Source: Nanobdellota archaeon
GTDB taxonomy: Archaea > Nanobdellota > Nanobdellia > Woesearchaeales > UBA583
Assembly: GCA_048625195.1 (NCBI GenBank)
Contig: JBMCRE010000004.1
Location: 3,513-67,512, forward strand
Reading direction: 5' to 3'
DNA length: 64,000 nucleotides
The notes under the pieces were generated by a model that saw only the letters and a program-made list of their open reading frames with translations, searched no databases and was not told where the DNA came from. A program made the translations under genes and the position numbers. Below are positions 20,554 through 30,835 of the stretch, piece by piece (the first letter of the stretch is position 1; the number at the start of each line of letters is the position of its first letter).

Positions 20554-20718
20554 TTAAAAAAAAATTAAATAAATTGCAACTACTAAATAAATTAATACAG
20601 AAATAGTGTCAAAACCATTGAGTCCTGCTCTAGGTAAAACATATTGTAATATTAATCCTATTATTAATAAAATTCCTAAACTTTTATTTGTTATTATTAT
20701 ACTTTTCTTTTTTGCCAT
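20554..20718 (-). CDS. possible small two-helix membrane protein (54 aa, below the ORF-track cutoff)
   Basis: Manual translation: MAKKKSIIITNKSLGILLIIGLILQYVLPRAGLNGFDTISVLIYLVVAIYLIFF*. It fills an otherwise empty gap. Confidence 0.3.
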   Translation of the reverse strand: MAKKKSIIITNKSLGILLIIGLILQYVLPRAGLNGFDTISVLIYLVVAIYLIFF

Positions 20719-20750
20719 AATAATATTACAAAATTTAATAATATATAAAT

Positions 20751-23666
20751 TTATTTAATTATTGTTTGGATGTTGTCAAATAATTTTTTATTTTTATTGA
20801 TTGAATTTTCATTTCCAATAGTACAATAATTATTTTGTTTATTTATAACTTCATTTATAATTATAGAAATTTTTTGTAGTTTGTCTAAATTGGCTGTTAA
20901 TAATTCTTTTCTTTCTTTTTTTAGATCATCATAAGTAATTCCTTGAATATATTCTAAACATTTTTTAAATCCTTCTTCATGTGGTTTTAATGGTTCATCA
21001 AAGTTAGAAATAGAGCCAATAATATATTGCTTAATTTCTTTTTGAGATAGGTTCAATTTTTTTATATGTTCAAATATTTTATCATAATCATCATAGGTTC
21101 CTTTTATTCTTGGGTCTCTGTATGAAAAAATTGTAAATGTTCCATTTCTATTTATTATTCCACCTCCACCATAAGCACCTCCTTTCATTCTAATATTTTC
21201 CCATAAATATTTATATCTTAAATAATTATTTAAAACATGATATTCTCCTTTATATTCAAATCCTAATTTTTTATAATTATAACCTTTACAATTATATGAT
21301 ATTTGGGATGGAATAATAAATGCTGAGTTTTTAGGATTTTTTGTAAAGTTGAAATTAAAAATTTCTAATTTTTCTTCTTTAATATTGATTTTTTTAAAAT
21401 TTAGTAAATCATTTTTATTTAAATCAGTAGTGATTAATATGATTAAATTGTTTTTATTGAATATTTTTTTATATGTTTCTTTTATGTTATTAATTATTTC
21501 ATTTTCTTTTATATCAAAGTTGTTTAATAAATTACATATAAAATTATAATAACTAATTCCTTTAATTTTTTCATTATATGAATCAAAATCTGTTACTTTT
21601 GATTGATTTTTTAAATATGCTATAAGGTGTCCTTGTTCTATAAATTTAATTTCATAAGTAGACTTTATTCTTTGTAAAATTTCTTTTATTTTATTGGAAG
21701 AGAATTGAACATTATTGGTTATTTCTTCAATTATATGATTTATCTTATTTAAATTTTCATTTAAAAATTTAGTTTCAAGTTTGAATTTTGGAATTAAATT
21801 ATTAGTTTTATTATGTATTAAATTTATTAGAGAAAAATCTAAATCTCCAGTATTTACATTTATTAAATTGGACCAATCATTGTAAGAGTAATTTTTTGTT
21901 TTAACATCTAACAATAAATCTTCTAATAAAGATAAGTATTGTATATTTTCTTTTGAGATAACTCTTGCATCAAATAAAAAATCTAAGTATGTTATTCCTT
22001 TCGTATTTGAATGATATATGATTTCTTTTGTGTTTTTATCTTCAATAATTTCTAAATTAATTTTTTTAGGTTCTTTAGGAATTTTGTTAATATCTATTAA
22101 TTTTATTTTTTCAATATCTTCTTTTTTTTCTTTTTTTTCTTGAAATTCTTTTAATTTTAAACTTTGATTTTTAATTTTTTCTATGTCTTGTTTAAATAAT
22201 CTTTTATAAGTTTGAGATAATTTTTTGTTAACATTTTTATCAATATTTAAATTAGGATTAGGTTTTAATGTTAAAGATAATCTATGATTATTATTTATTA
22301 AATATTTATCTATTAAGTTTTCAAAATAGTTATCTTTAGACAATTTTTTAATTTGTTCCATTTCTTTTTTATATTTAAGTTTTATAATAGGATCTTCATC
22401 ATAAAGCCAAGTTCCAAATACATCAATTAAATATTTTATTCCTTCATTAAATCTACTATTATCATTTGTTGCTTCTTTGTATTCAAATTCTTTTTGATTA
22501 ATTGCAGCATTGATTAAATCTTTATTAATACCTTTATCTCTTAATTTTTTTAATGTGTCAAAATATATTTTTTCAAATTTTTCTTTATTTTCTTTAGTGC
22601 TATTTTGAATTGTAATATAAAATGTTGGTTGTATTAATTCATTTTTTTCAAATCTTCCTGTAAAATCTTCTCCTAAGTTTGCAGATAATAATGCTTGTTT
22701 TAAAGGAGACCCACTCATTCCTATAAGAATATCTGACAATATATCAAATGCAATACATAATTGATTATCAATATTTTTACAAATTAAAGTATTTATATGA
22801 TGATAATATTTATTTTTGATATTGTTAGTTGAGACACTATATTCTTGAATAGCATTAATGGGTTTATTTATTGTTTTTTGATAGTTTATAGTTGAATTTA
22901 TTTTTTTATATTTGTAATTTTTAAGATAATTTTCTTGTATATATTTTAAATGATTTAAAATATCAGTATTTCCATAAATGTAAATATAACTATTTGAGGG
23001 ATGATAATAAGTTTTGTGAAAATCTAAAAATTTTTCATAAGTTAGATCAGGTATGGATGATGGATCTCCACCAGATTTATATTTGTAACAATTATCAGGA
23101 AACATTTTTTCTAAATATGTATCTTCTAATATATCTTGTGGTGAAGATGTTGCACCTTTCATTTCAGAATATACAACTCCATTATATTTTAATTTTTTAT
23201 TTGTTTTATCTAATTCATATCTCCATCCTTCTTGCAAAAATATTTCTTCTTTTTCATAAATTAAAGGATGAAAAACTGCATCTAAATATACATTCATCAT
23301 TTTCTTATATTCGTCTTCGTTTTGTGTTGAGAATGGATATACTGTTTTATCTGGAAAAGTAAATGCATTTAGAAAAGTGTGAATACTGCTTCTAATTAAT
23401 TGAGCAAATGGATCTTTTAGAGGGAAATTTTTAGAACCACATAAAACACTGTGTTCTAATATGTGAGTAAGTCCTGTATCATCTACAGGAGGAGTTCTAA
23501 ATCCTATTGCAAATGTTTTTTCTTCATCATCATTTAATATGTTTAAAACTTTTGCTTTAGTTTCTTTATGTTCAAAGATATAAGTTAGAGAATTTATATC
23601 TTCTATTTTTTCAATTTTCTTTAATATGAATCCATGGTATTCTTGATTTATTTTTAATTTATTCAT
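20751..23666 (-). CDS. M16C (PreP/insulinase-like) zinc metallopeptidase
   Basis: 971 aa. Inverted zincin motif GLTHILEHSVLCGS (HxxEH). Length and layout match presequence-protease-like M16C enzymes. Confidence 0.85.
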   Translation of the reverse strand: MNKLKINQEYHGFILKKIEKIEDINSLTYIFEHKETKAKVLNILNDDEEKTFAIGFRTPPVDDTGLTHILEHSVLCGSKNFPLKDPFAQLIRSSIHTFLNAFTFPDKTVYPFSTQNEDEYKKMMNVYLDAVFHPLIYEKEEIFLQEGWRYELDKTNKKLKYNGVVYSEMKGATSSPQDILEDTYLEKMFPDNCYKYKSGGDPSSIPDLTYEKFLDFHKTYYHPSNSYIYIYGNTDILNHLKYIQENYLKNYKYKKINSTINYQKTINKPINAIQEYSVSTNNIKNKYYHHINTLICKNIDNQLCIAFDILSDILIGMSGSPLKQALLSANLGEDFTGRFEKNELIQPTFYITIQNSTKENKEKFEKIYFDTLKKLRDKGINKDLINAAINQKEFEYKEATNDNSRFNEGIKYLIDVFGTWLYDEDPIIKLKYKKEMEQIKKLSKDNYFENLIDKYLINNNHRLSLTLKPNPNLNIDKNVNKKLSQTYKRLFKQDIEKIKNQSLKLKEFQEKKEKKEDIEKIKLIDINKIPKEPKKINLEIIEDKNTKEIIYHSNTKGITYLDFLFDARVISKENIQYLSLLEDLLLDVKTKNYSYNDWSNLINVNTGDLDFSLINLIHNKTNNLIPKFKLETKFLNENLNKINHIIEEITNNVQFSSNKIKEILQRIKSTYEIKFIEQGHLIAYLKNQSKVTDFDSYNEKIKGISYYNFICNLLNNFDIKENEIINNIKETYKKIFNKNNLIILITTDLNKNDLLNFKKINIKEEKLEIFNFNFTKNPKNSAFIIPSQISYNCKGYNYKKLGFEYKGEYHVLNNYLRYKYLWENIRMKGGAYGGGGIINRNGTFTIFSYRDPRIKGTYDDYDKIFEHIKKLNLSQKEIKQYIIGSISNFDEPLKPHEEGFKKCLEYIQGITYDDLKKERKELLTANLDKLQKISIIINEVINKQNNYCTIGNENSINKNKKLFDNIQTIIK

Positions 23667-23709
23667 AATAATTAATAATTGATATTTATTATAAATTTAA
23701 TGATTGTTT

Positions 23710-23899
23710 GAGATATTGAAATATTAGAAAAATTAAATTTCTCGCAAGAAGATGCAATATTTTATACTAATTTAAAAGAAAAAAGAAATGAAGCTAGTTA
23801 TTCAATAAAAACAAATATTAAATATTTTGATATTGATGATTTAGCTCAAAAAGTAATAAATATACTTTTAAAAATAAAAGAAATTATAAATAATTATTA
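23710..23899 (+). pseudogene. start-less C-terminal fragment resembling a HEPN domain
   Basis: Open frame DIEILEKLNFSQEDAIFYTNLKEKRNEASYSIKTNIKYFDIDDLAQKVINILLKIKEIINNY*, preceded immediately by a stop with no ATG. The R-N-x-A-x-Y motif is HEPN-like. Confidence 0.3.
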
Positions 23900-23911
23900 A
23901 AAAATGGTTTA

Positions 23912-24194
23912 GTATAATAAAGTAGTTCAAAAAGAAATTAAAAAACTATTTAGATATAATCAATATTTTGGACTAACAAAAGCACAAAAAATTTACTAAA
24001 AAAGAGAGTGGAGTTATTTGGCACATACAAGATTAAGGAAAGTTACTTACTATAACATTGCTTGCTAAATGGATAAATAGAGAAATACATAATGGAAGAA
24101 TTCTGATATTATAAATAGGGACGAATTAAATAAACAAATTAAAGATGTTTTTTATAATGTTGGAGAAATATCTAATAATTTAACAACATTATAA
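23912..24194 (+). pseudogene. decayed remnant of a type I restriction R-subunit (HsdR) / SF2 helicase N-terminal core
   Basis: Three pieces in three frames: LFRYNQYFGLTKAQKIY*, then GVIWHIQD*GKLLTITLLAKW (compare GG-IWHTQGSGKSLT motif I, where GSGK became D*GK), then NSDIINRDELNKQIKDVF (compare v-DR-eLd-Q-f). Confidence 0.55.
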
Positions 24195-24243
24195 TTTTTA
24201 TTACTTATATTTTTATTTCTTTTTTCATAAACTTTATATAAAT

Positions 24244-24624
24244 ATGAAAATATTTATTATTAATGTGGCAAAGTTAATTCATAAAAAAAAGATAATTTTA
24301 AATGATATGAAATATGCGAAAAATATTTTTTCTATATCAAGAGGATTGATGTTTGCAAGTAAAAAAAAAATAGAAAAAGGAATGTGTTTAGTTCTTCCTT
24401 TGAGAAGAGATAAAAAATTTTCTTCTTCTGTTACTATGTTATTTGTATTTTATCCGTTAGAAATATTATTTGTAAATGGTAATTATAAAGTTGTTGATAA
24501 AATTATATTAAAACCTTTTAAATTCTCTTATATCCCTAAGCAACATTGTAAATATATAATAGAATCAAAACCAAATACATTTAATAATATTAAAATTGGA
24601 GATAAAATCGATATAAAAAATTAA
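24244..24624 (+). CDS. DUF192 (COG1430)-like protein
   Basis: 126 aa. GLMFASKKKIEKGMCLVLP ... EILFVNGNYKVVD pattern. Confidence 0.6.
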   Translation: MKIFIINVAKLIHKKKIILNDMKYAKNIFSISRGLMFASKKKIEKGMCLVLPLRRDKKFSSSVTMLFVFYPLEILFVNGNYKVVDKIILKPFKFSYIPKQHCKYIIESKPNTFNNIKIGDKIDIKN

Positions 24625-24633
24625 GTAAATGTT

Positions 24634-25353
24634 TTATTGTTTTAATTGTGAATTAATATTTTTTTCTATTATAAAATATGGTTTTATACCTTCTAAAATT
24701 ATTTCATTATTAATTAATATAGTTGGAGTTTTACTAATTCCTTGTTTAATTGCATTTTGTTTTTCATATAATATAAAATTTTTATATTTTTGAGTTTCAA
24801 TACAATCTTTAAAATTTGTAAATGATATATTGTTTGAATAATTTTTTTTATCTTCAAATATATTTTTTAATTCTTCTATTTCTTCAATTTTATATAAAAA
24901 ATCATATATTTCCATTTCTAAATTTTGTTCTTTTGCACATTCAAAAGCTTGTGACTTTAATAAAGATTTTTTATGAATAGTATATGGAAAGTGTTTGTAT
25001 ATTAAATTTATTTTATTAGTTTTAACATATTCTTTAGTTAATTTTTCATAATTTTTTTTATTAAATTTCATAACAAAAGGGCATTCAAAATCTATATATA
25101 AAATTACATCTAAAAGATTGTTAGAATTATTATTATTTTGTAAAGAATTACTATTGTTGTTATTAAAATAAAAAGAATCTATATATTCACTTGAAAAATT
25201 AAATGTATTTTTATTAATTATTTTATTTTCAATTAAAAGCCCAAAGAAGATGCTTAGTAAAATTAAATTTATTAAGAAAAGCCCTAAAGATATAACTTTT
25301 AAAGAATGCTTATCATATTTTTTTAATATCATTTCAGATTTCACTTTCAACAT
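24634..25353 (-). CDS. membrane-anchored DsbA/thioredoxin-fold protein with a CPFV (not CxxC) active-site motif
   Basis: N-terminal TM helix, Asn-rich linker, then ILYIDFECPFVMKF ... AFECAKEQ ... GISKTPTILIN, typical of the DsbA family. Confidence 0.65.
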   Translation of the reverse strand: MLKVKSEMILKKYDKHSLKVISLGLFLINLILLSIFFGLLIENKIINKNTFNFSSEYIDSFYFNNNNSNSLQNNNNSNNLLDVILYIDFECPFVMKFNKKNYEKLTKEYVKTNKINLIYKHFPYTIHKKSLLKSQAFECAKEQNLEMEIYDFLYKIEEIEELKNIFEDKKNYSNNISFTNFKDCIETQKYKNFILYEKQNAIKQGISKTPTILINNEIILEGIKPYFIIEKNINSQLKQ

Positions 25354-26311
25354 TAATATATGGTTTTGGTTGAAGATTTTTAATATTTTTTTTAGATTTG
25401 TCTTTATTTATATATCCTTGCCATGCTATCATTGCTCCATTATCCATTGCAAGTTCTATTGGAAAAGAAGAATATTTAGCATTTATTTCTTGACACATTA
25501 TTTTTGCCATCTCTTCTAATCTTTTGTTTGCTGCAACTCCACCTACAATTATAAATTCTTTTTTATTGGTATATGCCATTGCTCTTTGAGAAATTTCCAT
25601 TAACATTGCAAATGATGTTTCTTGAAGAGAAAAACATAAATCTTCAATTTTCTTTTCTTCTTTGACTTTATTTTGTAAATTAGAATACATTCCAGCTAAA
25701 CTAACATTCATGCCTTTTACAGTGTAGGGTAATTCTATATAATTATTTGATTTTTTTGCTAATTTTTCAATTATTGGTCCTCCTGGGAAGTCTAATCCAA
25801 CTAATCTTGCAAAACTATCTAATAAATTACCAAGTCCAATATCTTCTGTTTCACCATATATTTTATATTTACCAAATTCATCTTTTGTAATTATTTGAGT
25901 GTTTACACCAGATACATATAAAAATAAAGGATCTTTCATATTTGTACACATTTTTCCAATTTCTAAATGAGCTTTAATGTGATTTACTCCTACAATTGGA
26001 ATATTATATTTTAAAGATAATGTTTTTGCAACTAATGCTCCAATTTTAAGAGAGTTTCCAATTCCTGGACCTTGTGAAAATGAAATTAAATCTAAATCTT
26101 CAAATTTCATATTGTTTTTCTTTAAAAATATTTTTGCTTTTTTTAAAATAGTGGTAAAATTATCTACATGAAAATCAGACAATTTTCTTAAATCCATTCC
26201 TGTATCGTTTTTAAATTGAGATTTTTCATTAAATAATACTTTTTTGTTTTTACAATCAACAATACCTATACCAAAAGTATGTGCAGTAGCTTCAATTCCA
26301 AGAGTTATCAT
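25334..26311 (-). CDS. kae1: tRNA N6-adenosine threonylcarbamoyltransferase Kae1 (no fused Bud32)
   Basis: 325 aa. LGIEATAHTFGIGIV..., ...VGVNHIKAHLE..., ...DNGAMIAW... motifs. Confidence 0.9.
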   Translation of the reverse strand: MITLGIEATAHTFGIGIVDCKNKKVLFNEKSQFKNDTGMDLRKLSDFHVDNFTTILKKAKIFLKKNNMKFEDLDLISFSQGPGIGNSLKIGALVAKTLSLKYNIPIVGVNHIKAHLEIGKMCTNMKDPLFLYVSGVNTQIITKDEFGKYKIYGETEDIGLGNLLDSFARLVGLDFPGGPIIEKLAKKSNNYIELPYTVKGMNVSLAGMYSNLQNKVKEEKKIEDLCFSLQETSFAMLMEISQRAMAYTNKKEFIIVGGVAANKRLEEMAKIMCQEINAKYSSFPIELAMDNGAMIAWQGYINKDKSKKNIKNLQPKPYINVESEI

Positions 26312-26422
26312 AATATTAAAAAAAATATAATGATTTATATAATTATTTATGATATAAATTAAAAAATAGAGAGATAATTTGTTTTAATTTATTACAATTT
26401 CATCTAAATACTTGTTTTTTTA

Positions 26423-29400
26423 TTATTCTTTTTTTATACTTATTTTTAAATTTTTATCTTTAATTTTGTATTCATAAATTTGATTTATATGTTTTTGTAA
26501 AATATCTACTGCACCAACTTTTTTGGATATATAGTTTTGCCAATTATTTGTAATATCAATTAAATATTCATCTGAATTTTCAAAACTAATTGATATTTTT
26601 TCGTTTTTTTCTAATCCTAAATCTTTTCTTAAAGCTTGTACTTTTCTTATAATTTCTCTTAAATAACCTTCTTCTAATAAAATTTTATCTTGATTAGTAT
26701 GTAATATTATTGAACCTAAACTAAAGTCAGATGAAACAATATCTCCTTGAATTTCAATTTCTTTTATTATATGTTTATTTAAATCTATTTTTATTCCATC
26801 ATAATTTTCTTGAGATTTTTTTAATTTTAAATCTTGTGAGATGTAATATTTGTTTTTATTGATAGTCGAAATTGCTAGTTTAATATCATCAAAATCTTCT
26901 TTTAATGTTTTAAAATTGGGTTTAATAATATAGTTAATATTAGTATCTTCAATATCATATTTTATTTTCGAGATGTTTGTAATTTGTTTTATTAATTTTT
27001 CAAATGTTTTTAATTCTTTTAATGATATATGAGATATAATATCTACTTGTGATAATGGCCATCTAATACCTATTTGTGCTTTTTCTCTTGCATTTAAAAT
27101 TGCTTGAATTATATCTTGTGATAATTCAAAGTTTTTATCAATATTTTCTTGTTCTACATCTTTAATTAATAATTCATCAATTTGAGGAATATTTTCAAAA
27201 AAAATTGATTCTTTTTTATTAATAAAAGAAATTTCTTGATATAAATATTCTGCTTTGAATGGAATTGCAGTTGCTAACATAATTAAAGTTTTTTTCAATA
27301 CTTCATTAAATATTATTATTAAGTTTTCATCTCTTTGATGAGTTCTTTCTTTTATTAGTTTTAAGTATGTTTTGGATAAGTCTTTTACAATAAATTCTTC
27401 TAAATTTTTATATGCTTTATTTAATCTAAAATTTTCCATTTTAGATACGTAAGTTTGAATAGTGGTATTTAATTTATATAATATCCATCTGTCTTCAATA
27501 TTTAATGTTTTAATATTTAATGTAGGGTGTCTTATTTCATATTCTTTGATATAAGAGTTCATATATTTTATTAAATTTTCTAATGTATTAAAAAATCCAT
27601 CAACGAGTGTTAAATCTTCAGGATTAAAATTAATTTGATCTTCAGGTGCTGCTTTAGTTAACAAATAATATCTTGTAGCATCTGCTCCCCATTTTTCAAT
27701 AGCTTCGTTGCCTGTAATTCCATTTCCTAAGGATTTAGACATTTTTTGTCCATTTTTATCCATTACATATCTATAATATAATACTTCATTATAAGGAGCT
27801 TTATTTGTTACTACAAAACCTACATTGAATAATGAAGAAAACCATCCTCTTACTTGATCTTCACTTTCTGTAATCCATTTAATAGGATAATATTTATTAA
27901 TAATTTCATCAAAATTTAAACCTTCATTATAATGAGATGCAAATGATGCACACCCACTATCAAACCAAACATCTGCTATGAATGGAACAGGTTTCATTTT
28001 TTTATTGTTTTGTGGATTCTTTATTGTAATATTTTTTAAATCATCTCTATGTATATCTTTTAGTTTGTATCCTATTTCTTTTTCTAATTCTTCTTTTGAG
28101 CCAAATGTTTTATAATTACCATCTTCATCTTCGAAAATAGGTAAAGGAATTCCCCAATATCTTTGTCTTGATATTGCCCAATCTCCTGCATTAGACATTA
28201 GATTATCAAAAATTGTTCTTGCAGATTCAGGAACCCATTTTACAGATTTATTTGTTTTAATTATATCATCAGTATATTGACTTCTTTTGATCCACCATTG
28301 ATCTGTTGCTCTATAAACGATAGGAGTTTTGCATCTCCAACAACAAGGATATCTATGTTTTTTTAATGTATGGTATATTAGATAATTTTTTTCTTTAAGA
28401 TATTCTATTGCAATTGGGTCAACATCTTTAAAATAAATTCCTTTATATTTTCCTTCATTAAATTTACCATTTTTTCCAACAGGACAAAATATAGGTAAAT
28501 TATTTTTTTTTCCAACTTCATAATCGTCAAAACCGTGCCCTGGTGCTATATGAACTAAACCAGTTCCATCAGTTTTTATTTCATTATTTTGATTATTATT
28601 AATTTCTTCATTATTTGTATTTGAATGTTTATATCCTTTTTTTTCTAATTTTTCTAAAATATCTTCTCCTTCTCCTAATGTTACAAAGTCTGCTAAAATT
28701 ACAGAATGTGTTTTTGGATATTTTCCTTCTAATAAAAATTCTTTTTGACTAGGAGTTTCATCTAAATAAATATGATCATATTTTAATCCTTCGTAGTTTT
28801 TTCCTTTTTTTGTTTCTAAAATTTCTATTAATTTTATATTGTTTTGTTTGGATAATATTTTAATTAATTTTTGAATTAAATTAGTTGCTATAATTAATAC
28901 TTCTTTTTTAGAATTTAATTCAACTAAAATTTTGGAATATTCATAATCTTTATGCATTGCTATTGCCATATTAGATTGTAATGTCCATGGCGTTGTTGTC
29001 CATATTAAAAGTGATTCTTCATAATTAGTTGTTCTGTATTCTTTTTTTAGAGGAAATTTTACATAAATTGAAGGGTCTTCTAATTCTTTGTATGTATCTT
29101 TAATTTCATAATCACTTAGAGTTGTCTCATCATTTGGACACCAAGCAACAGTTTTATAATCTTTATATAAAAGTCCTTTTTCATCTGCTTTTTTAAAAAA
29201 TTTCCATGCCATAGATAAATATTCAGGATGAGAAGTTTGATAAAAATCTCTATCCATCCACAAAGAAATTCTATTTCTAACTTCACTCATGTTATTAATA
29301 ATTTCTGAGACATATTTTTTACATTCTTTTACAAAATTTTCTTCACCAAATTTTTTTAGATCATCTACTGTTTGAAGATTTAGTTTCTTTTGAACTTTAT

Positions 29401-29662
29401 TTTCTACAGGAAGTCCATGAACATCATATCCATCTTTTGCATAAACATCGTATCCTTGAAGCATTTTAAATTTTAAAACACTATCTTTAATTGACCAATT
29501 TCTAAGATGTCCTGTATGAATTTCTCCAGTAGGATAAGGTGGACCATCAACATGATTAAACATTTTTGAATTTTTATTTTTTTCTTTTAATCTTTCATAG
29601 ATATTTTTATCTTCCCAGAATTTTTTAATTTCTAATTCTTTGTCAAATTTATTTTGTGTCAT
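26423..29662 (-). CDS. ileS: isoleucyl-tRNA synthetase
   Basis: HIGH region PPYPTGEIHTGHLRN and KMSKS (GQKMSKSLGN). The real start is most likely MTQNKFDKELE (29662), not the track start at 29767. Confidence 0.95.
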   Translation of the reverse strand: MTQNKFDKELEIKKFWEDKNIYERLKEKNKNSKMFNHVDGPPYPTGEIHTGHLRNWSIKDSVLKFKMLQGYDVYAKDGYDVHGLPVENKVQKKLNLQTVDDLKKFGEENFVKECKKYVSEIINNMSEVRNRISLWMDRDFYQTSHPEYLSMAWKFFKKADEKGLLYKDYKTVAWCPNDETTLSDYEIKDTYKELEDPSIYVKFPLKKEYRTTNYEESLLIWTTTPWTLQSNMAIAMHKDYEYSKILVELNSKKEVLIIATNLIQKLIKILSKQNNIKLIEILETKKGKNYEGLKYDHIYLDETPSQKEFLLEGKYPKTHSVILADFVTLGEGEDILEKLEKKGYKHSNTNNEEINNNQNNEIKTDGTGLVHIAPGHGFDDYEVGKKNNLPIFCPVGKNGKFNEGKYKGIYFKDVDPIAIEYLKEKNYLIYHTLKKHRYPCCWRCKTPIVYRATDQWWIKRSQYTDDIIKTNKSVKWVPESARTIFDNLMSNAGDWAISRQRYWGIPLPIFEDEDGNYKTFGSKEELEKEIGYKLKDIHRDDLKNITIKNPQNNKKMKPVPFIADVWFDSGCASFASHYNEGLNFDEIINKYYPIKWITESEDQVRGWFSSLFNVGFVVTNKAPYNEVLYYRYVMDKNGQKMSKSLGNGITGNEAIEKWGADATRYYLLTKAAPEDQINFNPEDLTLVDGFFNTLENLIKYMNSYIKEYEIRHPTLNIKTLNIEDRWILYKLNTTIQTYVSKMENFRLNKAYKNLEEFIVKDLSKTYLKLIKERTHQRDENLIIIFNEVLKKTLIMLATAIPFKAEYLYQEISFINKKESIFFENIPQIDELLIKDVEQENIDKNFELSQDIIQAILNAREKAQIGIRWPLSQVDIISHISLKELKTFEKLIKQITNISKIKYDIEDTNINYIIKPNFKTLKEDFDDIKLAISTINKNKYYISQDLKLKKSQENYDGIKIDLNKHIIKEIEIQGDIVSSDFSLGSIILHTNQDKILLEEGYLREIIRKVQALRKDLGLEKNEKISISFENSDEYLIDITNNWQNYISKKVGAVDILQKHINQIYEYKIKDKNLKISIKKE

Positions 29663-29944
29663 ATAAAAAATTAAATAAAATTTATTTATATATTTTTGCT
29701 TTGAAAAAAATGGTTTTTTTATTTGAAAAAAGAATGTGTGCTTAAAATAAAGTGTTGAAATGTTCAATGATTTTTAATTAGAAATAATTTGATAATTGAA
29801 ATATTTAAAAGTTTTTTTTAAATTTTGATTTAGAAATTATTTGGATTTAAAAAAATAAATTAGAATAAATGTAAATAAAACATAAAAAAATTTATTAAAA
29901 AGAAGTGGAGTAAATAAGATAATTGAATTAAAAAAATATTTCTA

Positions 29945-30835
29945 TTATTCATATCCTTGATTTAAATCTTCCACCATTATATTATGTTTGCTTGTTTGTT
30001 GATATTTGTAATCCATTTCAACTATAACTTGTGATGCATAAGAGTCATCTCCTGTTCTTGGGAATGTACAATAAAAATTAGATTTACCATTTATTATTTT
30101 TTGTCCAGATGTTGCTTCACAAGTTCCTTCACTAGATCCTAAAGTTACTTTTAAATCATAATCATTAGCATAATCATCAGTTTTAAAACATTCGTTTACT
30201 ACTTGTCCTGAACCAGTATTACTTGCAATAAAATCTATTCTAACATTATTGTTTACAGATGTCATTCTTTCTATTTTTACATCAATAGGCCCATTTTGTT
30301 TGCTAGATTTTTCAATATTGGTATCACATTGATTTTTATTAGATGGAACACATATTTGTTCTCTATAAAATGTTTTAGCACTATAGCAATAATCAAATAT
30401 TGGATTAAAATTATAGTTTCCGTTAAAACTATCTATTTTCACCCCCTCTACAACATTTCCAGAATAAATTCCTGGTCCTGTTTTTGATGATGCTCTTGGG
30501 ATTTCATTTATATTGTAATTTTCACCTAATCCTGTTACATAACCTCTATCAAAATTTTTAGTTTTAACTTGTAAATCAGTAATAGGATGTTCTTGGTAAT
30601 TAGTAAAAACAAATGCAAAAGTTACAGTTTGACCTTTAATTATTTTTTCTGGTGGATTTCCTTTAGCAAAACTTAAAGAAACTCCACTTCCGCCTTTTGA
30701 AGACGTCCCCTCTCCAAATAAACCACTGGTTTTATTGTCTGTATTATTATCATTGTTGCATCCAGCAATTAATAACAATAATGTTATAGTCAATATAGTG
30801 ATGATTTTTTGATTAAATTTATTTTTGTTTTTCAT
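29945..30835 (-). CDS. secreted lipoprotein-like protein, unknown family
   Basis: Probable start MKNKNKFNQKIITILTITLLLLIAGCNND (lipobox-like AGC). Six further Cys in the mature part. Confidence 0.5.
   Translation of the reverse strand: MKNKNKFNQKIITILTITLLLLIAGCNNDNNTDNKTSGLFGEGTSSKGGSGVSLSFAKGNPPEKIIKGQTVTFAFVFTNYQEHPITDLQVKTKNFDRGYVTGLGENYNINEIPRASSKTGPGIYSGNVVEGVKIDSFNGNYNFNPIFDYCYSAKTFYREQICVPSNKNQCDTNIEKSSKQNGPIDVKIERMTSVNNNVRIDFIASNTGSGQVVNECFKTDDYANDYDLKVTLGSSEGTCEATSGQKIINGKSNFYCTFPRTGDDSYASQVIVEMDYKYQQTSKHNIMVEDLNQGYE

Noticed and set aside
23667-24243. Integrated mobile element or prophage remnant
   Set aside because: No integrase, transposase, terminal repeats or flanking tRNA were seen. 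The coding remnants point to in situ decay of a defence locus instead.
29663-29767. 35-aa N-terminal extension of IleRS from the ORF-track start
   Set aside because: The extension (MNISTLYFKHTFFFQIKKPFF...) looks like translated AT-rich promoter sequence. Conserved IleRS sequence begins at MTQNKFDKELE.
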